NCBI GenBank assembly: GCA_963730185.1
Contig: CAVSQW010000007.1
Span: 448,001-512,000, forward strand
Length of the DNA: 64,000 nucleotides
Reading direction: 5' to 3'
DNA from: an uncultured Gemmatimonadales bacterium
Lineage (GTDB): Bacteria; Gemmatimonadota; Gemmatimonadetes; Gemmatimonadales; GWC2-71-9
A program made the position numbers and the translations under genes. How positions within the stretch are numbered: position 1 is the stretch's first letter; each line of letters begins with the position of its first letter. Positions 20,375 through 32,120 of this stretch are shown piece after piece. The notes below the pieces were generated by a model. That model was not told the origin of the DNA and did no database searches. It saw only the letters and a list, made by a program, of their open reading frames with translations.

Positions 20375-21565
20375 ATGTCGTCACCGTCCCGGCGTCTGTC
20401 CCGGCGGGAGCTGCTCCGTGCGGGCGCCGCCGCGTTCGCGGTCGCCCCGATGATCAACCGGGGGCGCTTTCGGCTGTTCCCGTGGAGCGCCACGGAATAC
20501 TCGACCCGGTGCATTCGTTTGGTCGAGAGCTCGTTGGTCATCGACATGTTGAGCCCGCTCACCCTGAACTTCCCGCTGGGGAAGAAGTGGGCCACCAATC
20601 CGGAGACCTTCACGGCGGAGGACTTCCAGCGCTTCCGCTCGTCGTCGATCAACGTGTTCCACACCGCGGTCGGCTTCGGGGGGCCGAACGCCTACGAAGA
20701 CGGGCTCCGCTTCTTCATGGGCCAGAACACGCTCATCGCCGGCCGGGACGATTACTTCATGCGGATCGACAGCCCGGGTGACCTGGACCGGGTCCACGGG
20801 TCCGGCAAGCTCGGGATCCTGCTGGGCGCCCAGAATTCGGATCACTTCGTCAAGCCGGACTACGATCGGAAGGACATGCTGGACACCGTGGACGAGTTCT
20901 ACGGGTACGGGCAGCGGGTCTCCCAGCTCACGTACAACTCCCGGAACTGGTTCGGGAGCGGGTCCACCGAGCGGGCCGACGGCGGCCTCAGCGACATGGG
21001 CGTGGCCGTGATCGAGCGGATGAACAAGGTCGGGATGGCGGTCGACACCGGCCACAGTGGTGACCGGACCACGCTCGACGCATTCGAGGTGTCGACAAAG
21101 CCGGTGCTCGTGACCCACTCGAACGTGCGGGCCCTGAATCCCGGCCACCCCCGCTGCAAGCCCGACGAGGTGATCCGCGCGGTCGGGAAGGCGGGGAGCG
21201 TCATGGGCATCACCGGGGTCCGGAACTTCGTCAAGGGATCGGAGCCCACCACCATCGAAGACCTGCTCAACCACTACGACTACGTCGCCAAGATGATCGG
21301 GGTGGAGCACGTCGGGGTGGGGAGCGACATCGACCTCGACGGGTACGACGACATGCCCGCCGAGGACTACAAGCGCCTCAAGGCCGGCTACAAGGGGAGC
21401 TATGCCTTCCGCGACAAGATCGACATCGACGAGGTGGCCCATCCCAAGCGGATGTACGACCTCACCGACGGCTTGATCCGGCGGAAGTACAACGACCAGG
21501 AGATTGCCGGCATCCTGGGGGGCAACTTCAAGCGAGTGTTGACCGAGATCTGGACCACGAGCTGA
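20375..21565 (+). CDS. Membrane dipeptidase (peptidase M19 family), Tat-exported
   Basis: SRRELL twin-Arg signal; QLTYN, DGGLS..G..VIERMNKVGMAVDTGH, THSN, HVGVGSD, ILGGNF. Confidence 0.9.
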   Translation: MSSPSRRLSRRELLRAGAAAFAVAPMINRGRFRLFPWSATEYSTRCIRLVESSLVIDMLSPLTLNFPLGKKWATNPETFTAEDFQRFRSSSINVFHTAVGFGGPNAYEDGLRFFMGQNTLIAGRDDYFMRIDSPGDLDRVHGSGKLGILLGAQNSDHFVKPDYDRKDMLDTVDEFYGYGQRVSQLTYNSRNWFGSGSTERADGGLSDMGVAVIERMNKVGMAVDTGHSGDRTTLDAFEVSTKPVLVTHSNVRALNPGHPRCKPDEVIRAVGKAGSVMGITGVRNFVKGSEPTTIEDLLNHYDYVAKMIGVEHVGVGSDIDLDGYDDMPAEDYKRLKAGYKGSYAFRDKIDIDEVAHPKRMYDLTDGLIRRKYNDQEIAGILGGNFKRVLTEIWTTS

Positions 21566-21631
21566 GCCGGCGGTTCCGGCCCTCGGGCCGGACCGTTCGG
21601 GACGCGGCGGGACGACAACGGGAGGGGTTCG

Positions 21632-23140
21632 ATGCAACTCGCGCGGCGCACGACTGGACTGGTGTTGGGCGGCCTGCTGCTCGGTGGGCTGGCGCACGAT
21701 CTCCAGGCCCAGCGGCGGGCCGACCCGCTCGCCGGCCTGGACGCTTACATCGAGAAGGTCCGGACCGACTGGGGCATACCGGGGATCGCGGTGGGGATCG
21801 TCAAGGGCGACTCCCTGATCTACGCCAAGGGCTTCGGCGTGAGGGAGGCCGGGAAGCCGGACCCGGTCGACCCGCGGACCCTGTTCGCGATCGGCTCCAA
21901 CACCAAGTCGTTCACGTCCACCGCGGCCGCGATGCTGGTCGACGAAGGGAAGCTCTCGTGGGACGACAAGGTCATCGACCGGTATCCCGGGTTCCGGCTC
22001 TACGATCCCTACGTGACCCGGGAGATCGCCATCCGCGACATCCTCTCCCATCGCTCGGGGCTGGGCCGGCGAGGTGACGCGCTCTGGTACGGGACCGGGT
22101 ACTCCCGCGACGAGATCATTCACCGGATCCGGTTTCTCAAGCCCAACGCGCCGTTCCGGACCGTGATGGGGTATCAGAACATCATGGTGATGACCGCAGG
22201 CGAGATCGTGGGGAAGGTGAGCGGTCTGGGGTGGGACCGGTTCATCCAGGATCGGATCTTCACGCCGCTCGGGATGACGGCCAGCAGCACCAGCGTGACG
22301 GCCCTCGCCGGCCAGCCCGACGTGGCCAGCCCCCACGCGATCGAGGACGGCAAGGTCCGGGTCATTCCCTACCGCAACGCCGACAACATCGCGCCGGCCG
22401 GCTCGATCAACTCGAACATCGTCGACATGGCCAGGTACGTCCGGATGCAGCTGGGCGACGGCACCTTCGAAGGCAAGAAGCTGGTGTCGGCCGGTAACCT
22501 CGGGGTGACCAAGACCCCGCACATCAACATTGGCGGGGTGGGCGACAGCCTGACCCACTTCACGTCGTACGGGCTGGGGTGGGTGCTGCTCGATTACCGG
22601 GGCCGGAAGATCGCCTGGCACAACGGCGGCATCGACGGCATGCTGTCGGAGATGTGGACCGTCCCCGACGAGAAGCTCGGGGTCGTCGTGCTGACCAACG
22701 CGTCGCCCCACGCCGCCGGCCCGCCGATCGTGCGGGAGATCATCGATCGATTCCTGGTCGGCAAAGGCACCAAGGACTACGAGGCGGAGGCCCTGGCCCA
22801 GGCCGCGCGGCAGCGGTCGTTCCAAGAGGCCCAGGAGAAGAAGTTCGAGACGGAGCGAGTCCCCAACACCACGCCATCGCTTCCCCTGGAACGGTACGTC
22901 GGGACCTATGCCGACTCGCTTTACGGCGACGTGTCGGTCTCGCTCGACCAGGGGAAGCTGGCGCTCCACTACACCAACTTCACCACCCCGCTCGAGCACT
23001 GGCACTTCGACACCTTCCGGGGCGTGCCAGGCGAGGGGAGCCAAGGCAAGGTCTTTGTCACCTTCCAGCTCGACTCCCAGGCCAAAGTGGCAAAGCTGGT
23101 GGTCGACGGCTTGGACGACTTCGAGCGGAAGCAGCCCTAA
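21632..23140 (+). CDS. Serine hydrolase (beta-lactamase/AmpC-like family) with C-terminal DUF3471-like domain
   Basis: Signal peptide; FAIGSNTK (SxxK), YQN, HNGG; LERYVGTYADSLYG. Confidence 0.9.
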   Translation: MQLARRTTGLVLGGLLLGGLAHDLQAQRRADPLAGLDAYIEKVRTDWGIPGIAVGIVKGDSLIYAKGFGVREAGKPDPVDPRTLFAIGSNTKSFTSTAAAMLVDEGKLSWDDKVIDRYPGFRLYDPYVTREIAIRDILSHRSGLGRRGDALWYGTGYSRDEIIHRIRFLKPNAPFRTVMGYQNIMVMTAGEIVGKVSGLGWDRFIQDRIFTPLGMTASSTSVTALAGQPDVASPHAIEDGKVRVIPYRNADNIAPAGSINSNIVDMARYVRMQLGDGTFEGKKLVSAGNLGVTKTPHINIGGVGDSLTHFTSYGLGWVLLDYRGRKIAWHNGGIDGMLSEMWTVPDEKLGVVVLTNASPHAAGPPIVREIIDRFLVGKGTKDYEAEALAQAARQRSFQEAQEKKFETERVPNTTPSLPLERYVGTYADSLYGDVSVSLDQGKLALHYTNFTTPLEHWHFDTFRGVPGEGSQGKVFVTFQLDSQAKVAKLVVDGLDDFERKQP

Positions 23141-23155
23141 GCGACCGCGCGGGGC

Positions 23156-24421
23156 TCAGCCCCGGGTCGACAGGAACCGCGCGGCCAGGTCGTACACCCC
23201 GTCCAGCTCGGACGGGGTGACGCAGAAGGGCGGTAACAGGTAGGCCACATTGCCGAGCGGCCGGATCAGGACGCCCGCCTCGAGGGCGAAGGCGGCGAGC
23301 TCGCGCCCGATCGGATCGAGGTAGCCGCCGGGGCCGGTCAGGTCGAACGCGGCGATGGTGCCGAGCACCCGGGGGGAGGACACGGCCCGGTGAGTGGCCA
23401 GGCGGGCCAAGCCCCGCCGGTGGGCCGTCCCGATCGCCGCCCGGCGTTCGGCGCACCTCGCGTCGAGCAGTCCGAGGCTGGCCCGAGCCGCCGCGCAGGC
23501 GAGCGGGTTCGCGGTGAAGGAATGGCCGTGGAAGAAGGTGCGCCGGCGGTCGTCGCTGACGAAGGCCTCGAAGATGGTCTCGGTCGCCGCCGTGGCGCCG
23601 AGCGGCAGGAAGCCGGCGGTGAGCCCCTTCGAGAGACACATCAGGTCGGGCGACACGCCGGCCCCGCCACACGCGAAGAGCGGCCCGGTCCGCCCGAACC
23701 CGGTCAGCACTTCGTCGGCGATGAGCAGCACTCCCTGATCCCGGGTCAGCGACCGGATGGCTCGGAGGGTCTCGGTCGGCCACATCCGCATCCCGCCCGC
23801 GCCCTGGAGCAAGGGCTCCACGATCACCGCCGCCAGCTCGTCGCCGCGCCGCTCGATCAGCGCGGTGAGCGCCCCGACCACGTCGCCCTCCACCGGGTCG
23901 GGCAGCCGGGCCACCTCGAAGAGCTGGGGTTCGAAGGCCGCGGTGAACAGTCCCCGGCCGCTGGCACTCATCGCCCCGAAAGTGTCGCCGTGATAGGCGT
24001 TCTCGAGCGCCGCGATCAGCGGGCGGGGGCGGCCCCGGTTGCCCCAGTACTGGAGCGCCATCTTCACGGCCACCTCGACCGCGGTCGAGCCGTCGTCCGA
24101 AAAGAAGACCCGGGTCAGGCCGTCGGGCAGGCGGGGGACCAGCTCGGCCGCGAGGCGGGCGGCGGGCTCGTGGGCGAACCCGGCGAAGATCACCTGCTCG
24201 AGGGTCCGGGCCTGCCGGGCGATGGCGTCGGCGACCACCGGATGGGCGTGGCCGTGGAGGGTGACCCACCAAGAGGAGATCGCGTCGAGGATCCGGCGGC
24301 CGTCCTCCCGGTAGAGGTAGGCGCCATCGGCCCGCACCACGGGTACCGGCGTGGGTCCCAACCCGTGCTGCGTGTACGGGTGCCATCCGTGCGCGCGGTC
24401 CAGGGCCGGCCAGTCGCTCAT
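23156..24421 (-). CDS. bioA: Adenosylmethionine-8-amino-7-oxononanoate aminotransferase
   Basis: WHPYTQ, DAISSWWV, DDGSTAVEVA, YHGDT, DEVLTGFGRTG, SKGLT, HGHSFTAN. Confidence 0.95.
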   Translation of the reverse strand: MSDWPALDRAHGWHPYTQHGLGPTPVPVVRADGAYLYREDGRRILDAISSWWVTLHGHAHPVVADAIARQARTLEQVIFAGFAHEPAARLAAELVPRLPDGLTRVFFSDDGSTAVEVAVKMALQYWGNRGRPRPLIAALENAYHGDTFGAMSASGRGLFTAAFEPQLFEVARLPDPVEGDVVGALTALIERRGDELAAVIVEPLLQGAGGMRMWPTETLRAIRSLTRDQGVLLIADEVLTGFGRTGPLFACGGAGVSPDLMCLSKGLTAGFLPLGATAATETIFEAFVSDDRRRTFFHGHSFTANPLACAAARASLGLLDARCAERRAAIGTAHRRGLARLATHRAVSSPRVLGTIAAFDLTGPGGYLDPIGRELAAFALEAGVLIRPLGNVAYLLPPFCVTPSELDGVYDLAARFLSTRG

Positions 24422-25617
24422 CCGCCCTCCCGGAGGCTCAGCGCCAACGCCTCGACGAGCCGATGGACGTCTTCGGGCTCGTGCGCCGCCGATACCGTGA
24501 TCCGGAGGCGAGCCGTCGCCGCCGCCACGGTCGGGGGGCGAATCGCGCCCACCAGGAAGCCCCGGCTCCAGAGGGCCCGACCGAGCTGCATGGCCCGATC
24601 GGGGTCGCGGACCTGGACCGGCACGATGTGCCCGGCCAGTCGCGGGCTGATCGCAACCCCCGCCGCCGCCAGCCCGTCGGTGAGGAGCCGGGCGTTGCCC
24701 CAAAGCCGCTCGCGCCGCCACGGCTCCCGGTCGGCAATTGCCATCGCCGCGAGGGCGGCGCGAGCCAGGGCGGGTGAAGGTCCGGTGGTGAACACGAACG
24801 ACCTGGCCCGATTGAGAAGAAGCTGCCGGAGGAGCGGCGAGCCCGCCACGAAGGCGCCGGCGGTGCCGAAGGCCTTGCCGAGGGTGCCCACGGTCGCGGC
24901 GGCCGGGGCGGGAAGCTGCCAGTGGTCACCGCTGCCGCCGCCCGCGGGGCCCAGCACCCCGGTGGCGTGGGCGTCGTCGAGATAGATCGCGGCGTCGTAC
25001 TGCCGGGCCACGGCCACCAGGTCGGGGAGCGGGCAGAGGTCGCCGTCCATCGAGTAGACCCCCTCGACCACGATCAGCCGCCGCCGGAATCGGCCCTGAT
25101 CGGCCCGGAGCCGGGCTTCGAGCGCGTCCAGATCGTTGTGGGCAAAGATCCGCACCTCCGCCCGCGCCAACCGGCAACCGTCGACGATCGAGGCGTGGTT
25201 CAGGGCGTCGGAATAGAGACCGTCGCCGGCCCCGGCGAGGGCCGGCAGCGCGCCGACGTTCGCCGCGTACCCAGACGGAAAGAGGAGTGCCGCCTCGGTG
25301 CCCTTCCGTCGGGCGGCGTCGCGCTCGAGGGCCTCGTGGGCCTGGTGGTTGCCGGCGAGACTCCGCGATGCCGTGGCCCCGGCGCCGTCCTGCCGGAGGG
25401 CCTCGACCAGGGCCTGCCGAACCCGGGGGTCCGACGCCAGACCGAGGTAGTCGTTGGAGGAGAAGTCCACCACCGGTCGGCCGTCGACCGTCAGGTGGGG
25501 GCCGAGTCTCGGGCCGACCTCGCGGAGGGTCCGGAGCAGACCGGCCGAGGCCAGCTCGGTAAGCTCTCGCTCGAGCTCGGCGTCGAGGGCATGACCCGGT
25601 CCGGTCCGATCGGTCAT
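24418..25617 (-). CDS. bioF: 8-amino-7-oxononanoate synthase
   Basis: FSSNDYLGL, NHASIVDG, EGVYSMDGD, DDAH, GTLGKAFG, IRPPTV. Confidence 0.95.
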   Translation of the reverse strand: MTDRTGPGHALDAELERELTELASAGLLRTLREVGPRLGPHLTVDGRPVVDFSSNDYLGLASDPRVRQALVEALRQDGAGATASRSLAGNHQAHEALERDAARRKGTEAALLFPSGYAANVGALPALAGAGDGLYSDALNHASIVDGCRLARAEVRIFAHNDLDALEARLRADQGRFRRRLIVVEGVYSMDGDLCPLPDLVAVARQYDAAIYLDDAHATGVLGPAGGGSGDHWQLPAPAAATVGTLGKAFGTAGAFVAGSPLLRQLLLNRARSFVFTTGPSPALARAALAAMAIADREPWRRERLWGNARLLTDGLAAAGVAISPRLAGHIVPVQVRDPDRAMQLGRALWSRGFLVGAIRPPTVAAATARLRITVSAAHEPEDVHRLVEALALSLREGG

Positions 25618-26282
25618 CCGACGACCCATTCCGCCACCGGATCCAGCCGGGCCGTCTCGAGGGCGGCCGACGCGATCCGGTCCAGCCTGGCGATCCGGAG
25701 GTCGGGCGCGGTCCGGGCAATCGTGGCGGCGTTGTGTCCGGTCGAGGCGTCGGGCTCCGCCGGGGCGCTCAACACCAATCCCAGCACGGGGCGGTGGCGT
25801 CGGCCGATCTCGGCCAGGGTCAGCAGGGTGTGATTCACGGTGCCCAACTTGTCGGCGGCCACCAGGAGCAGGGTCGCGTCGAGCGCCGCCGCCAGCTCGA
25901 GGTGGCCCCAGGACCAGCTCAGGGGCGAGAGCAGCCCGCCCGCTCCCTCCACCAAGGTCACGTCGGCACCGTGGCCGAGACCGACGATCCGGCGGACCAA
26001 GGGCGCGAGGTCGACCGGCGCCCCGTCGCGCTCGGCCGCTTCGGCCGGGGCGATCGGATCGCGATAGCGGTGGAGCGCGTGTTGGGGCCCGTCCTGGCCG
26101 GCGGCCCGGGCGAGGACAGCGCCGTCCTCGCCGGCGGTCGGCGCCGGCTCGCAGCCCGACTCGAGCGGCTTGAGGGCGATCACCCGCCGCCCGAGGGCGC
26201 GAAGCGACCGGGTCAGGGCGGCGGTGACGATCGTCTTCCCGACACCCGTGTCGGTGCCGGTCACCAGGATGGTGCGCGACAC
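25614..26282 (-). CDS. bioD: Dethiobiotin synthase
   Basis: VTGTDTGVGKT, KPLESG, VEGAGG, LGTVNHT. Confidence 0.95.
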   Translation of the reverse strand: MSRTILVTGTDTGVGKTIVTAALTRSLRALGRRVIALKPLESGCEPAPTAGEDGAVLARAAGQDGPQHALHRYRDPIAPAEAAERDGAPVDLAPLVRRIVGLGHGADVTLVEGAGGLLSPLSWSWGHLELAAALDATLLLVAADKLGTVNHTLLTLAEIGRRHRPVLGLVLSAPAEPDASTGHNAATIARTAPDLRIARLDRIASAALETARLDPVAEWVVG

Positions 26283-26288
26283 GGTCGG

Positions 26289-27281
26289 CTACGCGGCGGA
26301 GAGGGCGGCCACCTCGAACCCGGCGGCTTCGATCATTCGGAGGTCGGCCTCCCAGCCGGCGCCTGGCGTGGTCAGGTAGCCGTTGACGAACATCGAGTTG
26401 GCGGGCAGGAGGGCGAGTGGCTGGGCCCAGCCGAGGGTGACTTCGCGGCCGCCCGCGACTCGGATGTCCCGGGCCGGGTTGACCAGGCGCATCATCGCCA
26501 GGGCTCGTAGCGCGTCGGCCGGGGTCAGCCGCTCGGCGTTCGCCAGCGGGGTCTCGGGCCGGGGGTCGAGGAAGTTCACCGGAATCGACTCGACCTCGAG
26601 CTCCCGGAGCTCGAGTGCGAGCGCCACCCGGTCTTCAAGCGTCTCGCCCATCCCCATGATGCCGCCGCAGCACGCCTCCATGCCGGCCGCCCGGGCCCGG
26701 CGGACCGTGGCCACCCGGTCGTCGAAGTCGTGGGTGGAGCAGATGGCGGGGAAGTGGCGGCGGGACGTTTCCAGGTTGTGATTGAACCGGTCCACGCCGG
26801 CGGCCGCGAGCTCGGCGGCCTGCCCGTCGGTAAGGAGTCCGAGCGACGCGCAGATCTGGATGCCCAGCTCGGCCTTGATCCGCCGGGAAGCGTCGCAGAT
26901 CACTCCGAGGTCGCGATCGGACGGCCCTCGGGTACTGGTGACCATGCAGTACTTCACCGCGCCCCGGGCGTGCGCCTGACGGGCGCCGGCCACCAGCTCG
27001 TCCACCGTCTGCATCCGATAGCGGGGCACCGGCGACTGGTGGACGACCGACTGGCTGCAGAAGGCGCAGTCCTCGGGGCAGAGGCCGCTCTTGGCGTTCT
27101 GGAGGACGTGGATCCGAACCTCACGCCGATAGTGCTGGTAGCGAAGTCGATAGGCGGCCAGGAGCAGCTCGATCAGCTCCGAATCGGGGGCCCGGAGCGC
27201 GGCCAGGGCATCGTCGGCCGTCACCGCGCCACCGTCGAGCACGCGATCGGCCAGAGCATTCCAATGGGACACGGCGGACAT
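26289..27281 (-). CDS. bioB: Biotin synthase (radical SAM)
   Basis: CPEDCAFCSQS, NHNLETS, CCGGIMGMGE, PVNFL, RVAGGRE. Confidence 0.96.
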   Translation of the reverse strand: MSAVSHWNALADRVLDGGAVTADDALAALRAPDSELIELLLAAYRLRYQHYRREVRIHVLQNAKSGLCPEDCAFCSQSVVHQSPVPRYRMQTVDELVAGARQAHARGAVKYCMVTSTRGPSDRDLGVICDASRRIKAELGIQICASLGLLTDGQAAELAAAGVDRFNHNLETSRRHFPAICSTHDFDDRVATVRRARAAGMEACCGGIMGMGETLEDRVALALELRELEVESIPVNFLDPRPETPLANAERLTPADALRALAMMRLVNPARDIRVAGGREVTLGWAQPLALLPANSMFVNGYLTTPGAGWEADLRMIEAAGFEVAALSAA

Positions 27282-27363
27282 GTCGGTGTGTCGCGAAGTA
27301 AGGGGATTCGACTTCCGACAAGGTAATCGGGACCCCGCGATTCGGACGACCGACGCGGCGAGG

Positions 27364-28866
27364 TCAGCCGGCGCCCGCGACCTGAAGGGCCGCGAGGGCC
27401 TGCACCTCGGCCGCGCGCTCCCGATCGGCGCGGACCAGCGTCGGCTCGGCCACCCGGTCCCGGCACGCCTTCGGATCGAGCGGACAGCGCTCGCAGGTGC
27501 TGCTGATCACCGCGTGGGGGATGGCCCGGTCGGCGGCGAAGCGGACGGTGCGTCGAAAGGTATCGTCCACCTTGAAGCCGATCGTCAGGCTGATGTTGCC
27601 CCGGGGGGCGAGCGCCGCCGGCTGCGAGAGACCGAGACAGAAGTAGTCGTCGGTCCCGTCCATGAAGCGGGAGACCTGGACCCCGAGCTTGGGGCCAGCC
27701 GGCCGGCGGGTGGCGCGGGCCTGCGCCTCGGCCAGCTCGGTCAAGAGCCGGGTGGTGAGCCAGCGCCGGCAGTAGTGCTCGCCGCCGCCGTATCCCGGCG
27801 GCACGGGCAGCTCGGAGAGGTTGAGCTGCTTGACGAGCTGATAGTCGCCGTCCCGGTCGACGAACTTGAGGAAGTGCACCTTGAGCCCGAACTCGCCGGG
27901 GGCGAGCTGGCTCAGGCGGTACATCAAGGTCTCCGCCGTCACGTCGTACTTGGCGAGGAGGTCGAGCAGGCTTCGAGGCCGCCAACGGGGCTCCCGAAAC
28001 AGCTTCTTGAGATCGGCGAGCAGCTGCCGGCGGGGAAGGAGGAGCGCGCCGGCGAAGTACGAGGTGCGGAAGTCGTTGAGCACCTGCTCGAACGACTCCT
28101 CCCGGTCGGGCGGTGACGCCAACGATCGCGGCGCGAGCTCGAGCCGCCGGTACCCGGCCTCCCGGGCCAGGATGAAGGCCGTCTGCGACGGCGTGAGAGC
28201 GGGGTTGAGGAGGAGCCGCGGCGGCGAACCCGCCAGGAGCACCGACCGGAGTCGCGCCAGCGGGCCGTGCTCGCCGAGCACCGTGTCGTCGATGGTGATG
28301 CCCAACTCCTGGCCGACCCACCGGCGGAGCGCCGCGAGGAGGCCCGGCCCCGGCACCCGAACGCCCAGCTCGGCCAGAAACGTCTCGGCCGCCACCTCGA
28401 GGTCGGGATAGTAGTTGCCGGTCAGCTCCTGCCAGGAGCGGAGCGACGCGCGGAGCAGGTGCTCCACCCCGATGTTGTACTGGTGGGCGATCTCGCTCAG
28501 GGTGCGGAGCAGGGCGGTGGTTTCGGTCGGGGAGCGGCTCAGCAGGTGGACCAGGTCCTCGCGGGGGAGGCCGAACCGCTCGAACGGGAACTCCCGGACC
28601 CCGGGCGACTCCAGGTAGCCGACCAGCGGCGCCAGCTCGGCGTCGACCTTGGTGGAGACCAGCTCGTCGAAGGAAGTCCCCAGCGCCGCGGCGAGGGCCA
28701 GCATCTTGTCGGCCCGGGGGAACTTCTTGCCCGCCTCGATCTCGGCCAGATACGACACCGATATCCCGGCCCGGGCCGCCAGGGCGCTCAAGGTGAGCCC
28801 CTGGGCCTGCCGGCGCCGGGCGGCCTTGATGCCGAACATGGTCTTGAGGTGGGCGGAGCTGGTCAC
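27364..28866 (-). CDS. XRE-family regulator (RamB/ScfR-like), probable glyoxylate-shunt regulator
   Basis: N-terminal HTH (LTLSALAARAGISVSYLAEIEAGKKFP), central IrrE-like region, HYCRRW and C-terminal CERCP..C..R; divergent from aceB-aceA; GGAGG before GTG. Confidence 0.8.
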   Translation of the reverse strand: MTSSAHLKTMFGIKAARRRQAQGLTLSALAARAGISVSYLAEIEAGKKFPRADKMLALAAALGTSFDELVSTKVDAELAPLVGYLESPGVREFPFERFGLPREDLVHLLSRSPTETTALLRTLSEIAHQYNIGVEHLLRASLRSWQELTGNYYPDLEVAAETFLAELGVRVPGPGLLAALRRWVGQELGITIDDTVLGEHGPLARLRSVLLAGSPPRLLLNPALTPSQTAFILAREAGYRRLELAPRSLASPPDREESFEQVLNDFRTSYFAGALLLPRRQLLADLKKLFREPRWRPRSLLDLLAKYDVTAETLMYRLSQLAPGEFGLKVHFLKFVDRDGDYQLVKQLNLSELPVPPGYGGGEHYCRRWLTTRLLTELAEAQARATRRPAGPKLGVQVSRFMDGTDDYFCLGLSQPAALAPRGNISLTIGFKVDDTFRRTVRFAADRAIPHAVISSTCERCPLDPKACRDRVAEPTLVRADRERAAEVQALAALQVAGAG

Positions 28867-28907
28867 CCGGAGGCCTCCAGTGGGGCGATGGTCATGCCGG
28901 AATCTGC

Positions 28908-28976
28908 TTTCGCCGCCAGCGAAAATCAACGTTTAGCGAAATTTCGCTTGACACCGCCCTCCGGGTCGGCTAGGGT
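28908..28976 (+). promoter_or_regulatory. Sigma-70 promoter of aceBA with overlapping GCGAAA operator boxes
   Basis: TTGACA (28948) -N17- TAGGGT (28971); perfect palindrome AGCGAAATTTCGCT at 28935-28948; TTTCGC-N5-GCGAAA at 28908-28924. Confidence 0.7.
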
Positions 28977-29091
28977 TCGAGGGCAGGCGTCGCGGCGGCC
29001 GGGTGGTTCCGACGCGCACGGGGCTTGCACTGGCGCTCGGGAGACCCGCGCGGCGGGCCGAACCTCCTGACTTCTCGACGACAGGCAGACG

Positions 29092-30660
29092 ATGACCAGA
29101 ACCACGCTGAGCCGCTTCGGCGTCGACTCCAACACCGCGCCGGTCGAGCTCGATCCCCGTCGGGATCTGCCGGCCGGGTTCTTCGATCGCTATCTGGAGC
29201 TCCACCGGGAGTTCGCTCCCCGGCAGCGGGCGCTGGTCGAGGCGCGTCGCCGGGTGCTCGCGGCCGCGCATCAGGGGAACCGACCCGATCACCTGCCGCC
29301 GTCGCCGGCCACGACCGGTGACTGGCGGATCACGCTGCCCGAGTGGTGTCAGGACCAGCGCAACCAGATGACCGGCCCGGCCGACGACGGCGAGCTGGTG
29401 GTCAAGATGCTCAACTCGGGTGCTCCCGGGGTCATGATCGACCTCGAGGACTCGATGGCCAACGAGTGGGCCACTCTGATGCGGGGCCACGCCAACGCCG
29501 TCGAGGCGCTCCACGGGACGTTGGGGTACGACGACGCCAAGCGCGGCGGCCGGGTCACCATCAAGCCCAGCTCGACCGTGATCTGGGTGCGGGTCCGCGG
29601 TCTCCACCTCTCCCAGGGCGGGATCGTCCCGGACGATCTCACCTCGGCATCGCTCTTCGACGTGGCGCTGCTGGTGGAAAACATCGATCCTGCCCGCCTC
29701 CGTCACCCGCTGGCGATCTACATCCCCAAGTCCGAGTCGGCCGAGGAGGCCGCCTGGTGGCGGGAGGTGTTCCAGCGGCTGGCCCAGAGCAAGGGACTGC
29801 CCGCCGACTACATCAAGTGCATGGCCCTGGTCGAGGCGCATCCGCTGGCCTACCAGATGGAGGAATTCATCCACGGCCTGCGTGACCACATCCTGGGGCT
29901 CAACCTCGGGCGCTGGGACTACATGGCGAGTCTCATCCACTTCAACCTGCGGGACCCGGAATGGGTGTTGCCGAACCGCAACACGATTCCCCATGACGTG
30001 GCGTTCTTCCAACGGTTGCGGGTCCTGATGCCGGAGCTCTGCCACAAGCGGGGCGTCCTCGCCATCGGGGGGATGACGGCGCTCTACCCGAGCCGGGTTG
30101 ACCCCGAGCTCAACGCCCGAGCGCTCGCCGCGCTGGAGAAGGACAAGAAGAACGAGGCCGACGCGCTGATGGACGGCGCGTGGACGGGCCATCCCGACCA
30201 GAACGAAATCGCCGTGAGTCAGTTCCCGGCTCCCAACCAGGGGTTCAGGCGCCCGGCTGGGATCGAGCGCTATCCGGACCTCCGGCCGGTGCCCCGCGGG
30301 GTGGGCTCGCGGACGGTGGCGGGCTCCCGGGCGGCCGCCCGGGTGACCATTCAGTACCGGGCCGGCGTGTTGAGCGGCCGCGGGGCCAGCCTGATCGAAG
30401 GGTACATGGAGGACCTCGCCACCGATCGGATCTACCGGTTGATGCTGGCACAGAGGGTGCTTCATCGCGATCAGGTCGAGATCCTGGACGACGCGGGTCA
30501 GCCGGCTCCTCACACGCCGGCGTTCCTCACGCATTTGTACGACGAGGAGCTCGCCGGCCTGCTCGAGCACTGTACCGACGAGGCGGAGCGCGAGCTCTAC
30601 CGCACGGCCCGCCGCGAGAGCGAAGCGATGATCATCGACGGACGTCACGATCCGGTTTGA
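29092..30660 (+). CDS. aceB: Malate synthase (A-type)
   Basis: [48 protein letters not shown]. Confidence 0.92.
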   Translation: MTRTTLSRFGVDSNTAPVELDPRRDLPAGFFDRYLELHREFAPRQRALVEARRRVLAAAHQGNRPDHLPPSPATTGDWRITLPEWCQDQRNQMTGPADDGELVVKMLNSGAPGVMIDLEDSMANEWATLMRGHANAVEALHGTLGYDDAKRGGRVTIKPSSTVIWVRVRGLHLSQGGIVPDDLTSASLFDVALLVENIDPARLRHPLAIYIPKSESAEEAAWWREVFQRLAQSKGLPADYIKCMALVEAHPLAYQMEEFIHGLRDHILGLNLGRWDYMASLIHFNLRDPEWVLPNRNTIPHDVAFFQRLRVLMPELCHKRGVLAIGGMTALYPSRVDPELNARALAALEKDKKNEADALMDGAWTGHPDQNEIAVSQFPAPNQGFRRPAGIERYPDLRPVPRGVGSRTVAGSRAAARVTIQYRAGVLSGRGASLIEGYMEDLATDRIYRLMLAQRVLHRDQVEILDDAGQPAPHTPAFLTHLYDEELAGLLEHCTDEAERELYRTARRESEAMIIDGRHDPV

Positions 30661-30674
30661 CGGAGGAGGAACCA

Positions 30675-32003
<1,329 letters not shown>

Positions 32004-32120
32004 AAGAGGGGGAGGGGAGACCCGGCGGGTTGGGGGGAGACGGGGGACCGCCCCGCTCCCCCTCCCGCTGTCTCCCCCCGTCCCTCCCCGTCTCCCCCCG
32101 TCTCCCCCCGTCCCTCCCCC
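32004..32120. repeat. Inverted array of degenerate 10-mer repeats (GGGGAGACGG / CCGTCTCCCC) between convergent genes
   Basis: G-rich half followed by tctccccccg/tccctccccg x5. Confidence 0.8.

Noticed and set aside
17230..23044. 985-aa and 887-aa minus-strand ORFs
   Set aside because: Antisense to well-supported plus-strand hydrolase genes.
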